Below are positions 16,855 to 25,451 of a DNA stretch of 32,000 nucleotides, in pieces. The number at the start of each line of letters is the position of its first letter. Within the stretch, counting starts at the first letter, position 1. Where the stretch lies: the NCBI RefSeq assembly GCF_014280175.1, contig NZ_CP047931.1, positions 930,001 through 962,000 on the forward strand, written 5' to 3'. Below the pieces are notes generated by a model that worked only from the letters and a program-made list of their open reading frames with translations, made no database searches and was not told where the DNA came from. A program made the position numbers and the translations under genes. This stretch comes from Synechococcus sp. A15-28. GTDB lineage: Bacteria > Cyanobacteriota > Cyanobacteriia > PCC-6307 > Cyanobiaceae.

Positions 16855-18135
16855 TCAGCGATCGGCGTGCACCACCGGAATATCACTCAGCCGGGTGGTG
16901 GCGGTGCGCCCCAGCCGCTCCCGTCGCATCATCCAGCTCGGGTGGATTCCGCAGGCGGCCCACTGCACCGTGCCTCGGCCATAGCGGCGATTGAGCTGGT
17001 CAATCGTCCGCATCAGCTGCTCCCGTCGTTGTTGCTGTTCCTCACTCATCGGCACCAGGAGATGGGACTGGAGCAGTTCTGTTCCCTGCAGGTGCTGCAT
17101 CAGCACCCCCGCCTTCGCCAGCTGCCGGTGTGGCCGGAAGATGCGGTCCACGAGGGGGAGTGCTGCCTCCAGTAGCACGCTGGTGTCGTTGCTGGGCAGA
17201 TCCAGCCGGGTGCTGGCGGCCTGGCTGTAAAAGGCGGGGATGAAGGGGCTGGTGCGGGTGTACACCGTGAGGGCGGCAGCCCGTTGGCGTTGCTTGCGCA
17301 GCTTCTCTGCAGCGCGCACCACATAGGTGGCCACCGCCTGACGCAGTTCCTCCCGTGTCGTGATCGGCCGGCTGAAGCTGCGGCTCACGCAGGTTTCCTG
17401 TTTGGGGGCTGGTGCCAGCGCCAGCGGCAGGCAGGCATGGCCGCGCAGCTCCCGTTGCAGCCTCAACCCCACCACGCCGCACTTCGCCCGCAGTTCACCG
17501 CTGGGCATGTCCCGCAGCAGGCGGGCGTTGCAAACCCCCCGCAAGCGGCACCAGCGCGCCAGTTTGCGGCCGATCCCCCAGACGTCCTCGATCGCGATGG
17601 TCTCGAGCCAGCGATCGGGATCCGTGCCGTGGCCCAGATCGAAGATGCCGGCATGGGCGGGAACCTGCTTGGCCAGGCGGTTGGCCAGTTTTGCCTGGCT
17701 TTTGCTGGCCCCCAGGCCGATGGCGATCGGCAGGCCCAGCTCCTGTCGGACCCGGGCCCGCAGGGACCGGCCCCAGGTCTGCAGGTCACCATGCTTCGGA
17801 CGACGGACGCGCCCGAAGGCTTCGTCGATGGAATAGATCTCGAGTTCTTCGCAGTGGATCTCCAGCAGGCTCATCATCCGCTGGCTCATGTCGGCGTACA
17901 GGGCGTAGTTGGAACTGCGCACCACCACGTTCTGGCGTTCCAGCTCCTGACGAGCCTTGAAATAGGGAGTCCCCATTGCAATGCCGAGGGCCCGGGCTTC
18001 AGCGCTGCGGGCCACGATGCAGCCGTCGTTGTTGGACAGCACCACGACGGGTTTGCCGATCAGGCTGGGGTCGAGGCTCTGTTCGCAGGAGGCGTAGAAG
18101 TTGTTGCCGTCGATCAGGGCGGTGGCAAGGCTCAT
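16855..18135 (-). CDS. umuC: DNA polymerase V catalytic subunit (Y-family polymerase)
   Basis: ALIDGNNFYASCEQSLDPSLIGKPVVVLSNNDGCIVARSAEARALGI...YSIDEAFGRV...GIGRKLARW. Confidence 0.95.
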   Translation of the reverse strand: MSLATALIDGNNFYASCEQSLDPSLIGKPVVVLSNNDGCIVARSAEARALGIAMGTPYFKARQELERQNVVVRSSNYALYADMSQRMMSLLEIHCEELEIYSIDEAFGRVRRPKHGDLQTWGRSLRARVRQELGLPIAIGLGASKSQAKLANRLAKQVPAHAGIFDLGHGTDPDRWLETIAIEDVWGIGRKLARWCRLRGVCNARLLRDMPSGELRAKCGVVGLRLQRELRGHACLPLALAPAPKQETCVSRSFSRPITTREELRQAVATYVVRAAEKLRKQRQRAAALTVYTRTSPFIPAFYSQAASTRLDLPSNDTSVLLEAALPLVDRIFRPHRQLAKAGVLMQHLQGTELLQSHLLVPMSEEQQQRREQLMRTIDQLNRRYGRGTVQWAACGIHPSWMMRRERLGRTATTRLSDIPVVHADR

Positions 18136-18136
18136 G

Positions 18137-18568
18137 TCAGAGCGGATGGATCACGTGGATGGCCACCCCCCAGATCTGCACGTCACCGCATCGATGCAGC
18201 TCCAGGGGCGGATAGGCGGGATTGGCAGCCTCCAGGCGCAGGCGGCCCTGGTGCTGGGTCAGGCGTTTGAGGGTGAACTCCCCATCCAGCACCGCCACCA
18301 CCACCCGCCCCGGCCGTGGGTCCAGGCTGCGGTCCACCACCAGCAGATCGCCGTGGTGAATGCCGGTTCCGAGCATGGATTCACCGCTGACGCGCAGAAA
18401 AAACGTGCTGGTGGGATGCTGAATCAGCTGCTCGTTGAGGTCGATTCCCACCTCCATGTAGTCATCGGCCGGTGAGGGAAAGCCGGCGGCCACCCGCTCA
18501 CCGGCCAGAGGGAGGGCTAGGCGCGAGCGTCGATGCTGGAGGGGCAGCGGGCCGTGCAGGAACTTCAC
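18137..18568 (-). CDS. umuD: UmuD/LexA-like S24-family self-cleaving protein
   Basis: FLRVSGESMLGTGIHHGDLLVVDRSLDPRPGRVVVAVLDGEFTLKRL; GTG start at 18568; adjacent to umuC. Confidence 0.93.
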   Translation of the reverse strand: MKFLHGPLPLQHRRSRLALPLAGERVAAGFPSPADDYMEVGIDLNEQLIQHPTSTFFLRVSGESMLGTGIHHGDLLVVDRSLDPRPGRVVVAVLDGEFTLKRLTQHQGRLRLEAANPAYPPLELHRCGDVQIWGVAIHVIHPL

Positions 18569-18581
18569 AGGCCATCATGGT

Positions 18582-18595
18582 AGTACATCTGTACT
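18582..18595 (-). promoter_or_regulatory. LexA (SOS) box upstream of umuD
   Basis: AGTACATCTGTACT fits the cyanobacterial LexA consensus RGTACNNNDGTWCB and lies 13 nt upstream of the umuD start codon. Confidence 0.85.
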
Positions 18596-18661
18596 GTAGT
18601 CAGCCTGGTCTGTGCTGGCGTGCCGCCGTTAATTTGTTAATTCAGGTTTTCTCGAACAAAC

Positions 18662-19438
18662 GTGATGGCGGAGGTTGTGCCGTCGGCCCTGGGACAGGCG
18701 TTTTATCTCAGCCCTGAATTTTCAGCTCTGACCGTCGAGACCAGGGATTACAGGCTCCATCCCGTCCTCGGAGGAATCAGCAGCACCCGTTGGCATGCCT
18801 ATCAACGGTTTGAACGGCGCCAGTCGTATCTGGTGGAGCAGTTGGCCAATCAGCCGATGGCAGCGTCGGCGCTTCAGCTGGTCGGTAAGACCGGCGACGG
18901 ATCTGCAGGCCCGGAGCCCCCAAAAAGTTGGGCCATCCAGCGGGTCCAGTCGAAGAAAGCGCGTTTGAAGGAGCAGGGCGTCCTGGAAGGCCAGCGCGGT
19001 CGAAATCGGCTGATCGGCAGCCGTGGAGACGATGTCCTGATGGGCTGGGGCGGACGAGATGTGCTGATCGGGGGACGGGGAGACGACCTGTTGTCCGGTG
19101 ATGCAGGAGCCGATGTCTTTCGCTTTCGTCGGGGCGATCGTCGCGGTCAACAACCCCACACCGACACGATCGTTGACTTCAATCCAGAGCAGGGGGATCG
19201 CCTCAAGATCGCAGGCGTCCGTCGGGATGTCGGAATGGAGGGGTTCTCCGGTCAACCGGGGGAGATTCAGGCCATGGTCTTGATGGCTGATGTGCTGAAT
19301 GACGGGGAGGGCAGCCTGGAAACCTGGAGAATTCAGGGTGTGACCCTGGCCATTGATGACGATGGGGATCAACGCGTCGATGGTTTGATCGAGCTGCCGG
19401 GACTCGGCGAGTGGCGGACGGACTGGATGATCGTTTGA
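18662..19438 (+). CDS. RTX (hemolysin-type calcium-binding) repeat protein
   Basis: Nonapeptide-like repeats GSRGDDVLMGWGGRDVLIGGRGDDLLSGDAGADVFRF, then TDTIVDFNPEQGDRLKIA. Confidence 0.85.
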   Translation: MMAEVVPSALGQAFYLSPEFSALTVETRDYRLHPVLGGISSTRWHAYQRFERRQSYLVEQLANQPMAASALQLVGKTGDGSAGPEPPKSWAIQRVQSKKARLKEQGVLEGQRGRNRLIGSRGDDVLMGWGGRDVLIGGRGDDLLSGDAGADVFRFRRGDRRGQQPHTDTIVDFNPEQGDRLKIAGVRRDVGMEGFSGQPGEIQAMVLMADVLNDGEGSLETWRIQGVTLAIDDDGDQRVDGLIELPGLGEWRTDWMIV

Positions 19439-19471
19439 GAGGGGCTCGGCTCAGGTCCTGTTTTCGGGAGG

Positions 19472-19885
19472 ATGCACGATTCCGATCCCAACGGCATGGC
19501 TGACGCTCCATACCTGGTTGCTCTGGCTCTCTTCGATCAAGGCGGCAAGCGCGCCATGCCACTGGCCGGCAAGTCCCAGACTGAAGTGGTCGCAGAGGGT
19601 GAGGCGCCGGGATCGCTCGGCAAGGAGCTGGCCCTGGATCTGCTGCTGCGGGTGTGGCAGCGCAGCGATGAAGGTCCCCTTCAGAGGGCAGCGGCGGCGG
19701 CGAGCCTGCTGCTGGTGGAGTTGCCGATGGAGCGCCTGCCGGAGGACCTGCCGCAGATTAAGGCCGGCTGGCTCAGCAGTGGTGACACAACCACCTGTCT
19801 GAAGGCGCTGCAGCGGATCTCGTCCAGGGCCTGGAGAGTGTCCAGCGAAAAGTTCAAACCGGTGGCGCTGACGCCGATGTGGTGA
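19472..19885 (+). CDS. Hypothetical protein
   Basis: 137 aa ORF; small 3' overlap with the convergent gene on the other strand; no recognised domain. Confidence 0.5.
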   Translation: MHDSDPNGMADAPYLVALALFDQGGKRAMPLAGKSQTEVVAEGEAPGSLGKELALDLLLRVWQRSDEGPLQRAAAAASLLLVELPMERLPEDLPQIKAGWLSSGDTTTCLKALQRISSRAWRVSSEKFKPVALTPMW

Positions 19886-20456
19886 GGGGCTCCTGAGCCC
19901 AGATGTTCACGGCCACGGAGTAACGCTCCCCTTCAAAAGCATTTATCCGGTGCAGCAGTCCGGGGGAGAAGAGCACAAGGCGGTTACGCACCGGGGGGAT
20001 CGAGATCACGGAACGGAACTGAGGCAACGGACCCGTATGGCCTGTGGGGATGGGTGGGTTGTCCGCCAGCAGCAGCTCCCCACCGACGCAGCTCACATGG
20101 GGATAGAAAACTGTGGACAACAACGGCAGCACATAGGCGCCGCTGCGCCGCCCTTCAATCTCGTCCTTGTCGATGTGCCAGTCGAGATCGTTGTTGACGT
20201 TGCACCACCACTCCACCCCAGCCCGCTGGGTACAGAACGGATTGGTGACAGGCAGTAAATGGTCGGTGAGGAAGCGCTCCATCAGCTGTCGCTGCTCGGG
20301 AGCATGGATCGAGCGCATGGTGCGTCCATCGTCAGCACGCCAGCTGAACAGGGCGTCACCGGGATGGATCTGCTTGAGCTCCCCATGAACCAGGCAGAGC
20401 TGCCGCAGGGCCCCCAGCAGATCCGTCGGAAGCAGGTCGTCGACCACGTGCAGCAT
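19854..20456 (-). CDS. 2OG-Fe(II) oxygenase-like protein
   Basis: HxD motif in LDWHIDKDE, then distal GELLLADNP...NRLVLFSPGLLHRINAFEGERYSVAVNIWA. Confidence 0.8.
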   Translation of the reverse strand: MLHVVDDLLPTDLLGALRQLCLVHGELKQIHPGDALFSWRADDGRTMRSIHAPEQRQLMERFLTDHLLPVTNPFCTQRAGVEWWCNVNNDLDWHIDKDEIEGRRSGAYVLPLLSTVFYPHVSCVGGELLLADNPPIPTGHTGPLPQFRSVISIPPVRNRLVLFSPGLLHRINAFEGERYSVAVNIWAQEPLTTSASAPPV

Positions 20457-20460
20457 CGGC

Positions 20461-20895
20461 TCAGGCGCGGTGGTAGGGGCTTCCTTGCAGGATCGCCTGG
20501 GCGCGGAACAACTGCTCGATCAGCATTAACCGGGCCAGCTCATGGGGGAAGGTCATCGGCGACAGGCTCAATTGCCACTGGGCACCCTGCTTGAGAGCCG
20601 GGGTCAATCCATCGGCGCCACCAATGACGAAGGCGAGCCGTTGATTGCCAAGCGTCTCAAGACGTTGCGCGAAGGGGATGGATCCGACAGCAACCCCCTC
20701 TTCCATCAAGGCGATCAGATGCTCATCCGATCGGAGATTGGCGCGGATGGACTCCGCTTCCTTGTCGGGCGTGCTGTCTCGGATCTCGATGATCTCCAGT
20801 CCGGGAAGACGTTTGCAGTAGAGCGCGATGCCGTCCTGAATCCAACCGCGGCGGACTTTGCCCACGGCCAGGATGCGACAACGGGATGGGTTCAA
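20461..20895 (-). CDS. rlmH: 23S rRNA (pseudouridine1915-N3)-methyltransferase RlmH
   Basis: SPOUT signature [56 protein letters not shown]. Confidence 0.96.
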   Translation of the reverse strand: MNPSRCRILAVGKVRRGWIQDGIALYCKRLPGLEIIEIRDSTPDKEAESIRANLRSDEHLIALMEEGVAVGSIPFAQRLETLGNQRLAFVIGGADGLTPALKQGAQWQLSLSPMTFPHELARLMLIEQLFRAQAILQGSPYHRA

Positions 20896-21314
20896 GGGTT
20901 GTCCTCGTCGTCCTCCAGCAGCAGCTGGCCAAAGGCCACGTAGAGACTTTCCTCTTCACTCCCAGGTGTGACCTTGGCAGGTTTTGGGCGCGTGTTCTTT
21001 CCTTTGCCGGAACTTGCCTTCGGCAGCGGCGGAAGCTCCTGGGCCAGGCCTGACCGGCTGCCTTCGGTTGATGGCTGGGGGCTGCGCTTGGCCTCCAGTT
21101 GTTTCAGCCGGGCCATGAGGTGTTCCGGCACCGTTCCGTCCTCACTGACCTTCATCAGTTCGCGGAACAATTCCTCAGGGTTGTCCTCGGTTTCCACCTT
21201 GTGGCGCACCTGCTGTGCCTTCGGGCTCGCGGGCGGTTTCGGTTCTGGCAACGCTTGGGGAAGCGTCCGGCCGAGCTCGCGCAGGCGATCCAGGCTGCGG
21301 GGGTCGAAACTCAT
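20892..21314 (-). CDS. Conserved hypothetical protein upstream of rlmH
   Basis: 140 aa, Pro/Lys-rich linker with terminal [16 protein letters not shown]; 4-nt overlap with rlmH. Confidence 0.7.
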   Translation of the reverse strand: MSFDPRSLDRLRELGRTLPQALPEPKPPASPKAQQVRHKVETEDNPEELFRELMKVSEDGTVPEHLMARLKQLEAKRSPQPSTEGSRSGLAQELPPLPKASSGKGKNTRPKPAKVTPGSEEESLYVAFGQLLLEDDEDNP

Positions 21315-21318
21315 CGGA

Positions 21319-21825
21319 TCAACTGCAGCCGAGGCTGTCCCGGGTGGACCGTCCGGTGACCGGATTCGTGCCTTCTGCGACCGAACACAGACTCTTGAGT
21401 TGATCGCCCCGCATCGGAACGTCGGTGAAATCAGCTCCGCTGATGATCACGTCCACGAAGCGGGTGTTGAAGGCGAAGGCTCCTTCCAGAACGGCGTTGG
21501 ACAGGTTGGTGCCCGTCATCACCGAGGCATCCAGGGTGGCCTCCCGAAGATCCGTTCCACTCAGGTCTGCATCCTGAAGCTTGGCGCCGTAGAGCGATGC
21601 CCCCCTCAGGTCTGATCCGGACAGATTCGCCTCGCGCAGGTTGCTCAGGTTGAAGGTGGCGCCGCGCAGGTCTTTACCGGAATAGTCCGCCCCGATCAGA
21701 ACCTGCTTGGCCACGTCCATGGCTGCACTGACTCGAGCGGGAGCAGTCAGGACAAGCAGCAGTCCGAGGACTGCAACTCCAACAAGAGACAACAGGCGGG
21801 AACGCATCCGAAGCACCAGTGACAT
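21319..21825 (-). CDS. Pentapeptide-repeat protein with signal peptide
   Basis: A(D/N)Lxx repeats (LREANLSGSDLRGASLYGAKLQDADLSGTDLREATLD) after LLSLVGVAVLGLLLVLTAPARVSAA. Internal Met at 21825 is preferred because the track start at 21972 overlaps divergent yraN. Confidence 0.85.
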   Translation of the reverse strand: MSLVLRMRSRLLSLVGVAVLGLLLVLTAPARVSAAMDVAKQVLIGADYSGKDLRGATFNLSNLREANLSGSDLRGASLYGAKLQDADLSGTDLREATLDASVMTGTNLSNAVLEGAFAFNTRFVDVIISGADFTDVPMRGDQLKSLCSVAEGTNPVTGRSTRDSLGCS

Positions 21826-21880
21826 CGAAACCTTAATGGTCTTGAGCAAGGGGGAATGCTTCAACGACTTTGCTGATGGG

Positions 21881-22066
21881 ATGCCAATGGAGACGCAAGA
21901 CCGCGGCGCTCGGGCAGAAAACAGAGTGTCGTTTCTTTTGGAGCGAAAGGGCTGGCAATTGCTGGAGCGCAACTGGAGCTGCCGCTGGGGTGAGCTCGAT
22001 CTTGTGCTTCACAGGAACGAACGTCTGCTTGTGGTGGAAGTGAAGGGGCGCCGTTCCTTGAATTGA
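21881..22066 (+). pseudogene. yraN: Truncated YraN/UPF0102-family gene (N-terminal half only)
   Basis: MPMETQDRGARAENRVSFLLERKGWQLLERNWSCRWGELDLVLHRNERLLVVEVKGRRSLN* stops right after the VEVKGRR block where full-length YraN normally continues for a further ~50-60 aa. Confidence 0.75.
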
Positions 22067-22127
22067 CTAGTCATAGCAGGCAGTTTGTGGAACTTTGTAC
22101 CGTTTTTGTGGCCAATTGTGCGAGGTT

Positions 22128-22370
22128 TCAGCGCCAGATCCTTGCGACGACCCAAGCAAACACCGAGCACAGAACGGCAAACAGGATCAATGGGATGGCC
22201 CCAGCCACCACCGTGGTGACCAATGGAGGCGCGCTGGAACTCAGATCCCAGAGCAATGACCTCATGCCTTCGCTCCTCACGCACCAGACCGGCAGGAGGA
22301 ACATCGACGGCACAAATAAGGCCGACAGAAATGCGGTGACGGCGATTCGCTGTGGTCTGGTCATGCCCAA
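22128..22370 (-). CDS. Small hypothetical membrane protein
   Basis: 80 aa with two predicted hydrophobic helices. Confidence 0.55.
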   Translation of the reverse strand: MGMTRPQRIAVTAFLSALFVPSMFLLPVWCVRSEGMRSLLWDLSSSAPPLVTTVVAGAIPLILFAVLCSVFAWVVARIWR

Positions 22371-22453
22371 ATGATGGCTAAGGCAGATGGGCTGGGCTCC
22401 TAAGGCGGGTGAAGCCAGACTGCTCTTGGGTCAGCACTTCACCAAGAACGTCG

Positions 22454-22753
22454 ATGATCTGGTCTTGGATTTCATTGGCAGCAGTTCTGGGCTTGATAGG
22501 CGGCTGCGCTTCGTCTCCTACCGATCGAGAACGCTGCATTTCCAAGATCAAAGATCAGCTACGAGATCCAGAAAGCCTGCAGATGATGTCTTATGAACTG
22601 ATGCACGAGGACACGCGCAAAACCGTTTACCGGCTTGACTACAACGCCAAAAATGCTTTCGGCGGCTACGTGGGAAGAAAGTCCTTTGTATGTCGGCTGC
22701 CGAAGTTGCCCGAAATATTGCTGAAGTCAAAACAAGCGAGGCAGGCCGGCTAA
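22454..22753 (+). CDS. Hypothetical lipoprotein
   Basis: MIWSWISLAAVLGLIGGCASSPTDRERCISKIKDQL; internal ATG 22454 gives a proper lipoprotein signal, unlike the track start at 22409. Confidence 0.65.
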   Translation: MIWSWISLAAVLGLIGGCASSPTDRERCISKIKDQLRDPESLQMMSYELMHEDTRKTVYRLDYNAKNAFGGYVGRKSFVCRLPKLPEILLKSKQARQAG

Positions 22754-22757
22754 GCGC

Positions 22758-22967
22758 ATGAGAAGGCTCGTGCTCCTCCTGCCGCTGATCACCCTGCTGA
22801 CTGCCTGTCAGTCGAAGAGGGAGATCTGCGCCAAGTGGGGCGCTGAACAGTTTAAAACTTATGCTGAAGCGGCTGAAAGGCTTGGGATCAAGCTAGACCC
22901 AGAAAATGAAGGGCGGGATGATTGGTACCAGATAAATACTTTCTGCAGTTACTACAGAAGCAATTAA
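22758..22967 (+). CDS. Small hypothetical lipoprotein
   Basis: MRRLVLLLPLITLLTACQSKREICAKWG: clear lipobox LTAC. Confidence 0.7.
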   Translation: MRRLVLLLPLITLLTACQSKREICAKWGAEQFKTYAEAAERLGIKLDPENEGRDDWYQINTFCSYYRSN

Positions 22968-22983
22968 ATACTTTTCACCTTCG

Positions 22984-23445
22984 TTAGGAATCGTCAAGTA
23001 ACTCGGCAATAATCCTTTGCGCTGACTCCTCTTGGTCAGCTCCAATCAATTCCTCAAGAACCCTCGCAGCAACTTGTAGACCACCATTCACTGAGCTGGT
23101 GTCGTACTTCTCTGCAGCATCCTCTTCACCGGTGTAAGTCTCCCCGTTGCCGTAAAACTCGTAGGAACCTGAGGTCAGGCTCCAGCCTGCGGTCCAAGTG
23201 CACTCAATAAAGCTCTTGTCTTCTGCGATGAAGACTTCCGCTGTGGGTTCTGCTTGGACTTTTGCTGACGCGGTACCTTTCCAGCCCATGCAGACCAAGG
23301 CATTGACTCTCTCGAAATCACGGTTGCCGGGATGCGCTTGTAACTCTGTGAAGTCGAAGTCAGTCAAATCGAGCTGAGGTAATTCAAAGACTCTGCTTAG
23401 AATAATTCGATCACGTTGGGCATTAGCTGTCCTCAGCCAGCTCAC
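22984..23445 (-). CDS. Hypothetical protein
   Basis: 153 aa ORF, acidic C-terminal half; start uncertain. Confidence 0.5.
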   Translation of the reverse strand: MSWLRTANAQRDRIILSRVFELPQLDLTDFDFTELQAHPGNRDFERVNALVCMGWKGTASAKVQAEPTAEVFIAEDKSFIECTWTAGWSLTSGSYEFYGNGETYTGEEDAAEKYDTSSVNGGLQVAARVLEELIGADQEESAQRIIAELLDDS

Positions 23446-23454
23446 TCACGCAAC

Positions 23455-23492
23455 CACCGCCAGAACCTTCCCAGCACGCCGTCAGGGCAGTC
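23455..23492. repeat. 38-bp direct repeat, copy 1
   Basis: CACCGCCAGAACCTTCCCAGCACGCCGTCAGGGCAGTC, identical to 23878-23915. Confidence 0.95.
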
Positions 23493-23562
23493 ACGCAGTC
23501 ATCATCGACACATGTTTGGCTGGAAAACCATGAGATACTCAACTTCCTCTTTCTATCAAGCA

Positions 23563-23865
23563 ATGGCTAAGGGTTACTGGAATCTCTCAGGCGCCGTAAC
23601 TAACCCAGAAGGGATGGGTCCTTACCTCCAAGCTGTTGAGCCTTACCTGGCGAAGTTCAATGCTCGCTTTCTTTGCAGAGATCTCAAAACCGATGTTCGT
23701 GAAGGTGACGCAGGTCACTTGACCGTGATCATCGAGTTTGAATCTCTAGCTTTAGCCAAGGCCGCTTACGACGCCCCTGAGTACCAAGAGATGCTGAAGC
23801 TCCGTCAGCCTCACTCCAAAGTCTCACTGTCAATCATTGAGGAAGGCGATCACGCTGGTCACTGA
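23563..23865 (+). CDS. DUF1330-like small protein
   Basis: MAKGYWNLSGAVTNPEGMGPYLQAVEPYLAKFNARFLCRDLKTDVREGDAGHLTVIIEFESLALAKAAYDAPEYQEMLKLR matches the DUF1330 pattern; the track start at 23416 extends into the duplicated sequence. Confidence 0.75.
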   Translation: MAKGYWNLSGAVTNPEGMGPYLQAVEPYLAKFNARFLCRDLKTDVREGDAGHLTVIIEFESLALAKAAYDAPEYQEMLKLRQPHSKVSLSIIEEGDHAGH

Positions 23866-24071
23866 TTACCCCGAAGACACCGCCAGAACCTTCCCAGCAC
23901 GCCGTCAGGGCAGTCCCGCACCACACACCGCTGCTGCATTTCCTTGCAGTGCTGTAAGTCGATCTCTTCGGGTAGCGGCGCATAGCCCGACATCCAGACG
24001 TTGATCTGCCGATCCCAGACACCACGGTTATTTAGCATTGAAGTAAGCCAGTCGATGTAGTCGCGGTTCAT
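23859..24071 (-). CDS. Small conserved-looking hypothetical protein
   Basis: 70 aa MNRDYIDWLTSMLNNRGVWDRQINVWMSGYAPLPEEIDLQHCKEMQQRCVVRDCPDGVLGRFWRCLRGNQ; its C-terminus is recognisably duplicated at 23436-23498. Confidence 0.65.
   Translation of the reverse strand: MNRDYIDWLTSMLNNRGVWDRQINVWMSGYAPLPEEIDLQHCKEMQQRCVVRDCPDGVLGRFWRCLRGNQ
23878..23915. repeat. 38-bp direct repeat, copy 2
   Basis: Identical to 23455-23492; lies within the 3' end of the 23859-24071 ORF. Confidence 0.95.
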
Positions 24072-24107
24072 CTGTCGCCTGTTTGTGATTAAGGCGGGAC
24101 CGGCTCC

Positions 24108-24320
24108 TCAACAACCGGCCACTGTTGGAAGCGCAAACTCCAGAGTGCTCCGCTTCTTGCGGTGCTCCCCATGAGAGTGCTTTGAGGAGAGGTGCAGCAG
24201 GTTTGATGCCTTGGTCTCATCCTCCACCTTGGTGAGTCGGTTGACCAGGTTCCAGGTGTCTTGAGAAGACAATTCGCCGTCGTCGCCCCACTTGAGCGAT
24301 GAGAGGTCAGTGGGGGACAT
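24108..24320 (-). CDS. Hypothetical protein
   Basis: 70 aa MSPTDLSSLKWGDDGELSSQDTWNLVNRLTKVEDETKASNLLHLSSKHSHGEHRKKRSTLEF...; chosen over the overlapping low-complexity ORF 24089-24376. Confidence 0.4.
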   Translation of the reverse strand: MSPTDLSSLKWGDDGELSSQDTWNLVNRLTKVEDETKASNLLHLSSKHSHGEHRKKRSTLEFALPTVAGC

Positions 24321-24498
24321 GGACGTAGGTTTTGGGGCATCGAACCTAAGAGGTTGAAAACCATAAAAGTCCCCACTACGAAAGGACTTTTACTAAAGAA
24401 ATAATGAAGAATGGTTCCTAGTGATACCTATTGGGAGGGATTGATATTCACAGCGGCATAATCTGGTTGCCGTGCTTGAAAAAGATCGTCATCTATTT

Positions 24499-24813
24499 TC
24501 ATTGAAAACTATTGATCTGAGTATCTGTCATGCCTTTAACCTGTTGGTAATATTTCAAAATCTCGCTTTCGTGATCTTCTAGACAAGATATTAAGGGTGC
24601 TAATTTCTTATTCATCTGGTTATAAAATCTTAATCGATTGCGCTCTGCCTCGACTCCTGGGTAAGTCAATGCCATGCCATTAAATCTTTTGATCTGATCC
24701 ACAACGCTGTGAAATGATTGTGCGTAAGAAGCACACGAATCGGGGGCTAGAGGTCTCGTCATCGAAGGACTAGCAATCAAGAGTAAGGGAATGGCGACCA
24801 AGACGTTTTTCAT
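24499..24813 (-). CDS. Hypothetical secreted protein
   Basis: 104 aa with signal-like N-terminus MKNVLVAIPLLLIASPSMTRP; ATGA overlap with the upstream ORF. Confidence 0.6.
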   Translation of the reverse strand: MKNVLVAIPLLLIASPSMTRPLAPDSCASYAQSFHSVVDQIKRFNGMALTYPGVEAERNRLRFYNQMNKKLAPLISCLEDHESEILKYYQQVKGMTDTQINSFQ

Positions 24814-25040
24814 TCTTGCTCTTGATCGGGAACTCGACTCACTAGGGCGGCGAGAGATATTAATCCTCCGGTTATCACTATCAGGGCACTTGCCTGGTCT
24901 CCCGTTTTGGTGATGCCAATCGCAAGCATCAGACCTGATGATGCGAATAGAGCAGACCTAATCCACTTGTTTTTAATATGCACTGACAAGTAATTAAAGG
25001 GTGAAGGTCTAATCAGTGAGGAAGACCTCGCATCATCCAA
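24810..25040 (-). CDS. Hypothetical membrane protein
   Basis: 76 aa, two hydrophobic segments; coupled to 24499-24813. Confidence 0.5.
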   Translation of the reverse strand: MDDARSSSLIRPSPFNYLSVHIKNKWIRSALFASSGLMLAIGITKTGDQASALIVITGGLISLAALVSRVPDQEQE

Positions 25041-25105
25041 GACTCATACATAAAGATGAGAAGGAAGAAGAAGACAATTCCGATGACCAGTAGTTTTCCG
25101 TTCAT
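25013..25105 (-). CDS. Putative 30-aa single-TM small protein (not in ORF track)
   Basis: ATG at 25105 reads MNGKLLVIGIVFFFLLIFMYESWMMRGLPH*; purine-rich GAGAAG upstream of the start; start of a run of co-oriented small genes. Confidence 0.4.
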   Translation of the reverse strand: MNGKLLVIGIVFFFLLIFMYESWMMRGLPH

Positions 25106-25148
25106 TCCCAATCTTCTCTTTCCCAAGGCATAACGACGTTGCACTGAT

Positions 25149-25451
25149 TCAGGTGCACCAGTTCAGTTTTTCGACAAGTACTGGACCGGAAACAGGATCC
25201 GTAACACCAAGATCAGCAGAGATCTCTTCAAGAAGGTCTCTTACAGAATCCAGATGAGCAATCATCTGAGGTCTTGCCGCCACAAGAGACTCCTTTTCCT
25301 TGAAGACCCCCGTGAAGACAAAGGATCGTTCACCTGTTTGGGCAAAATACCCATTCATATCTGTAGGTGCTTCCCACGCGCGAACTGCCTCGACATACTT
25401 TTCGACCTCGCCCTCCTTCACTATTGTCCGAACAGAAGTCAGAAACGACAT
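25149..25451 (-). CDS. Small antibiotic-biosynthesis-monooxygenase-like (ABM/dimeric alpha-beta barrel) protein
   Basis: 100 aa MSFLTSVRTIVKEGEVEKYVEAVRAWEAPTDMNGYFAQTGERSFVFTGVFKEKESLVAARPQMIAHLDSVRDLLEEI...; ABM-like pattern. Confidence 0.55.
   Translation of the reverse strand: MSFLTSVRTIVKEGEVEKYVEAVRAWEAPTDMNGYFAQTGERSFVFTGVFKEKESLVAARPQMIAHLDSVRDLLEEISADLGVTDPVSGPVLVEKLNWCT

Noticed and set aside
17042-18270. Several overlapping ORFs on both strands within umuC (17042-17482 -, 17284-18270 +, 17360-17836 +, 17412-17960 +)
   Set aside because: All overlap the confidently assigned umuC gene and show frame-shadow composition.
23455-23915. Possible CRISPR-like repeat pair
   Set aside because: Only two copies, 385 bp apart, with coding content in the repeat and between copies; explained better by gene duplication.
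24089-24376. 95-aa minus-strand ORF
   Set aside because: Overlaps 24108-24320 in another frame; Pro/Ser/Trp-rich composition looks non-coding.
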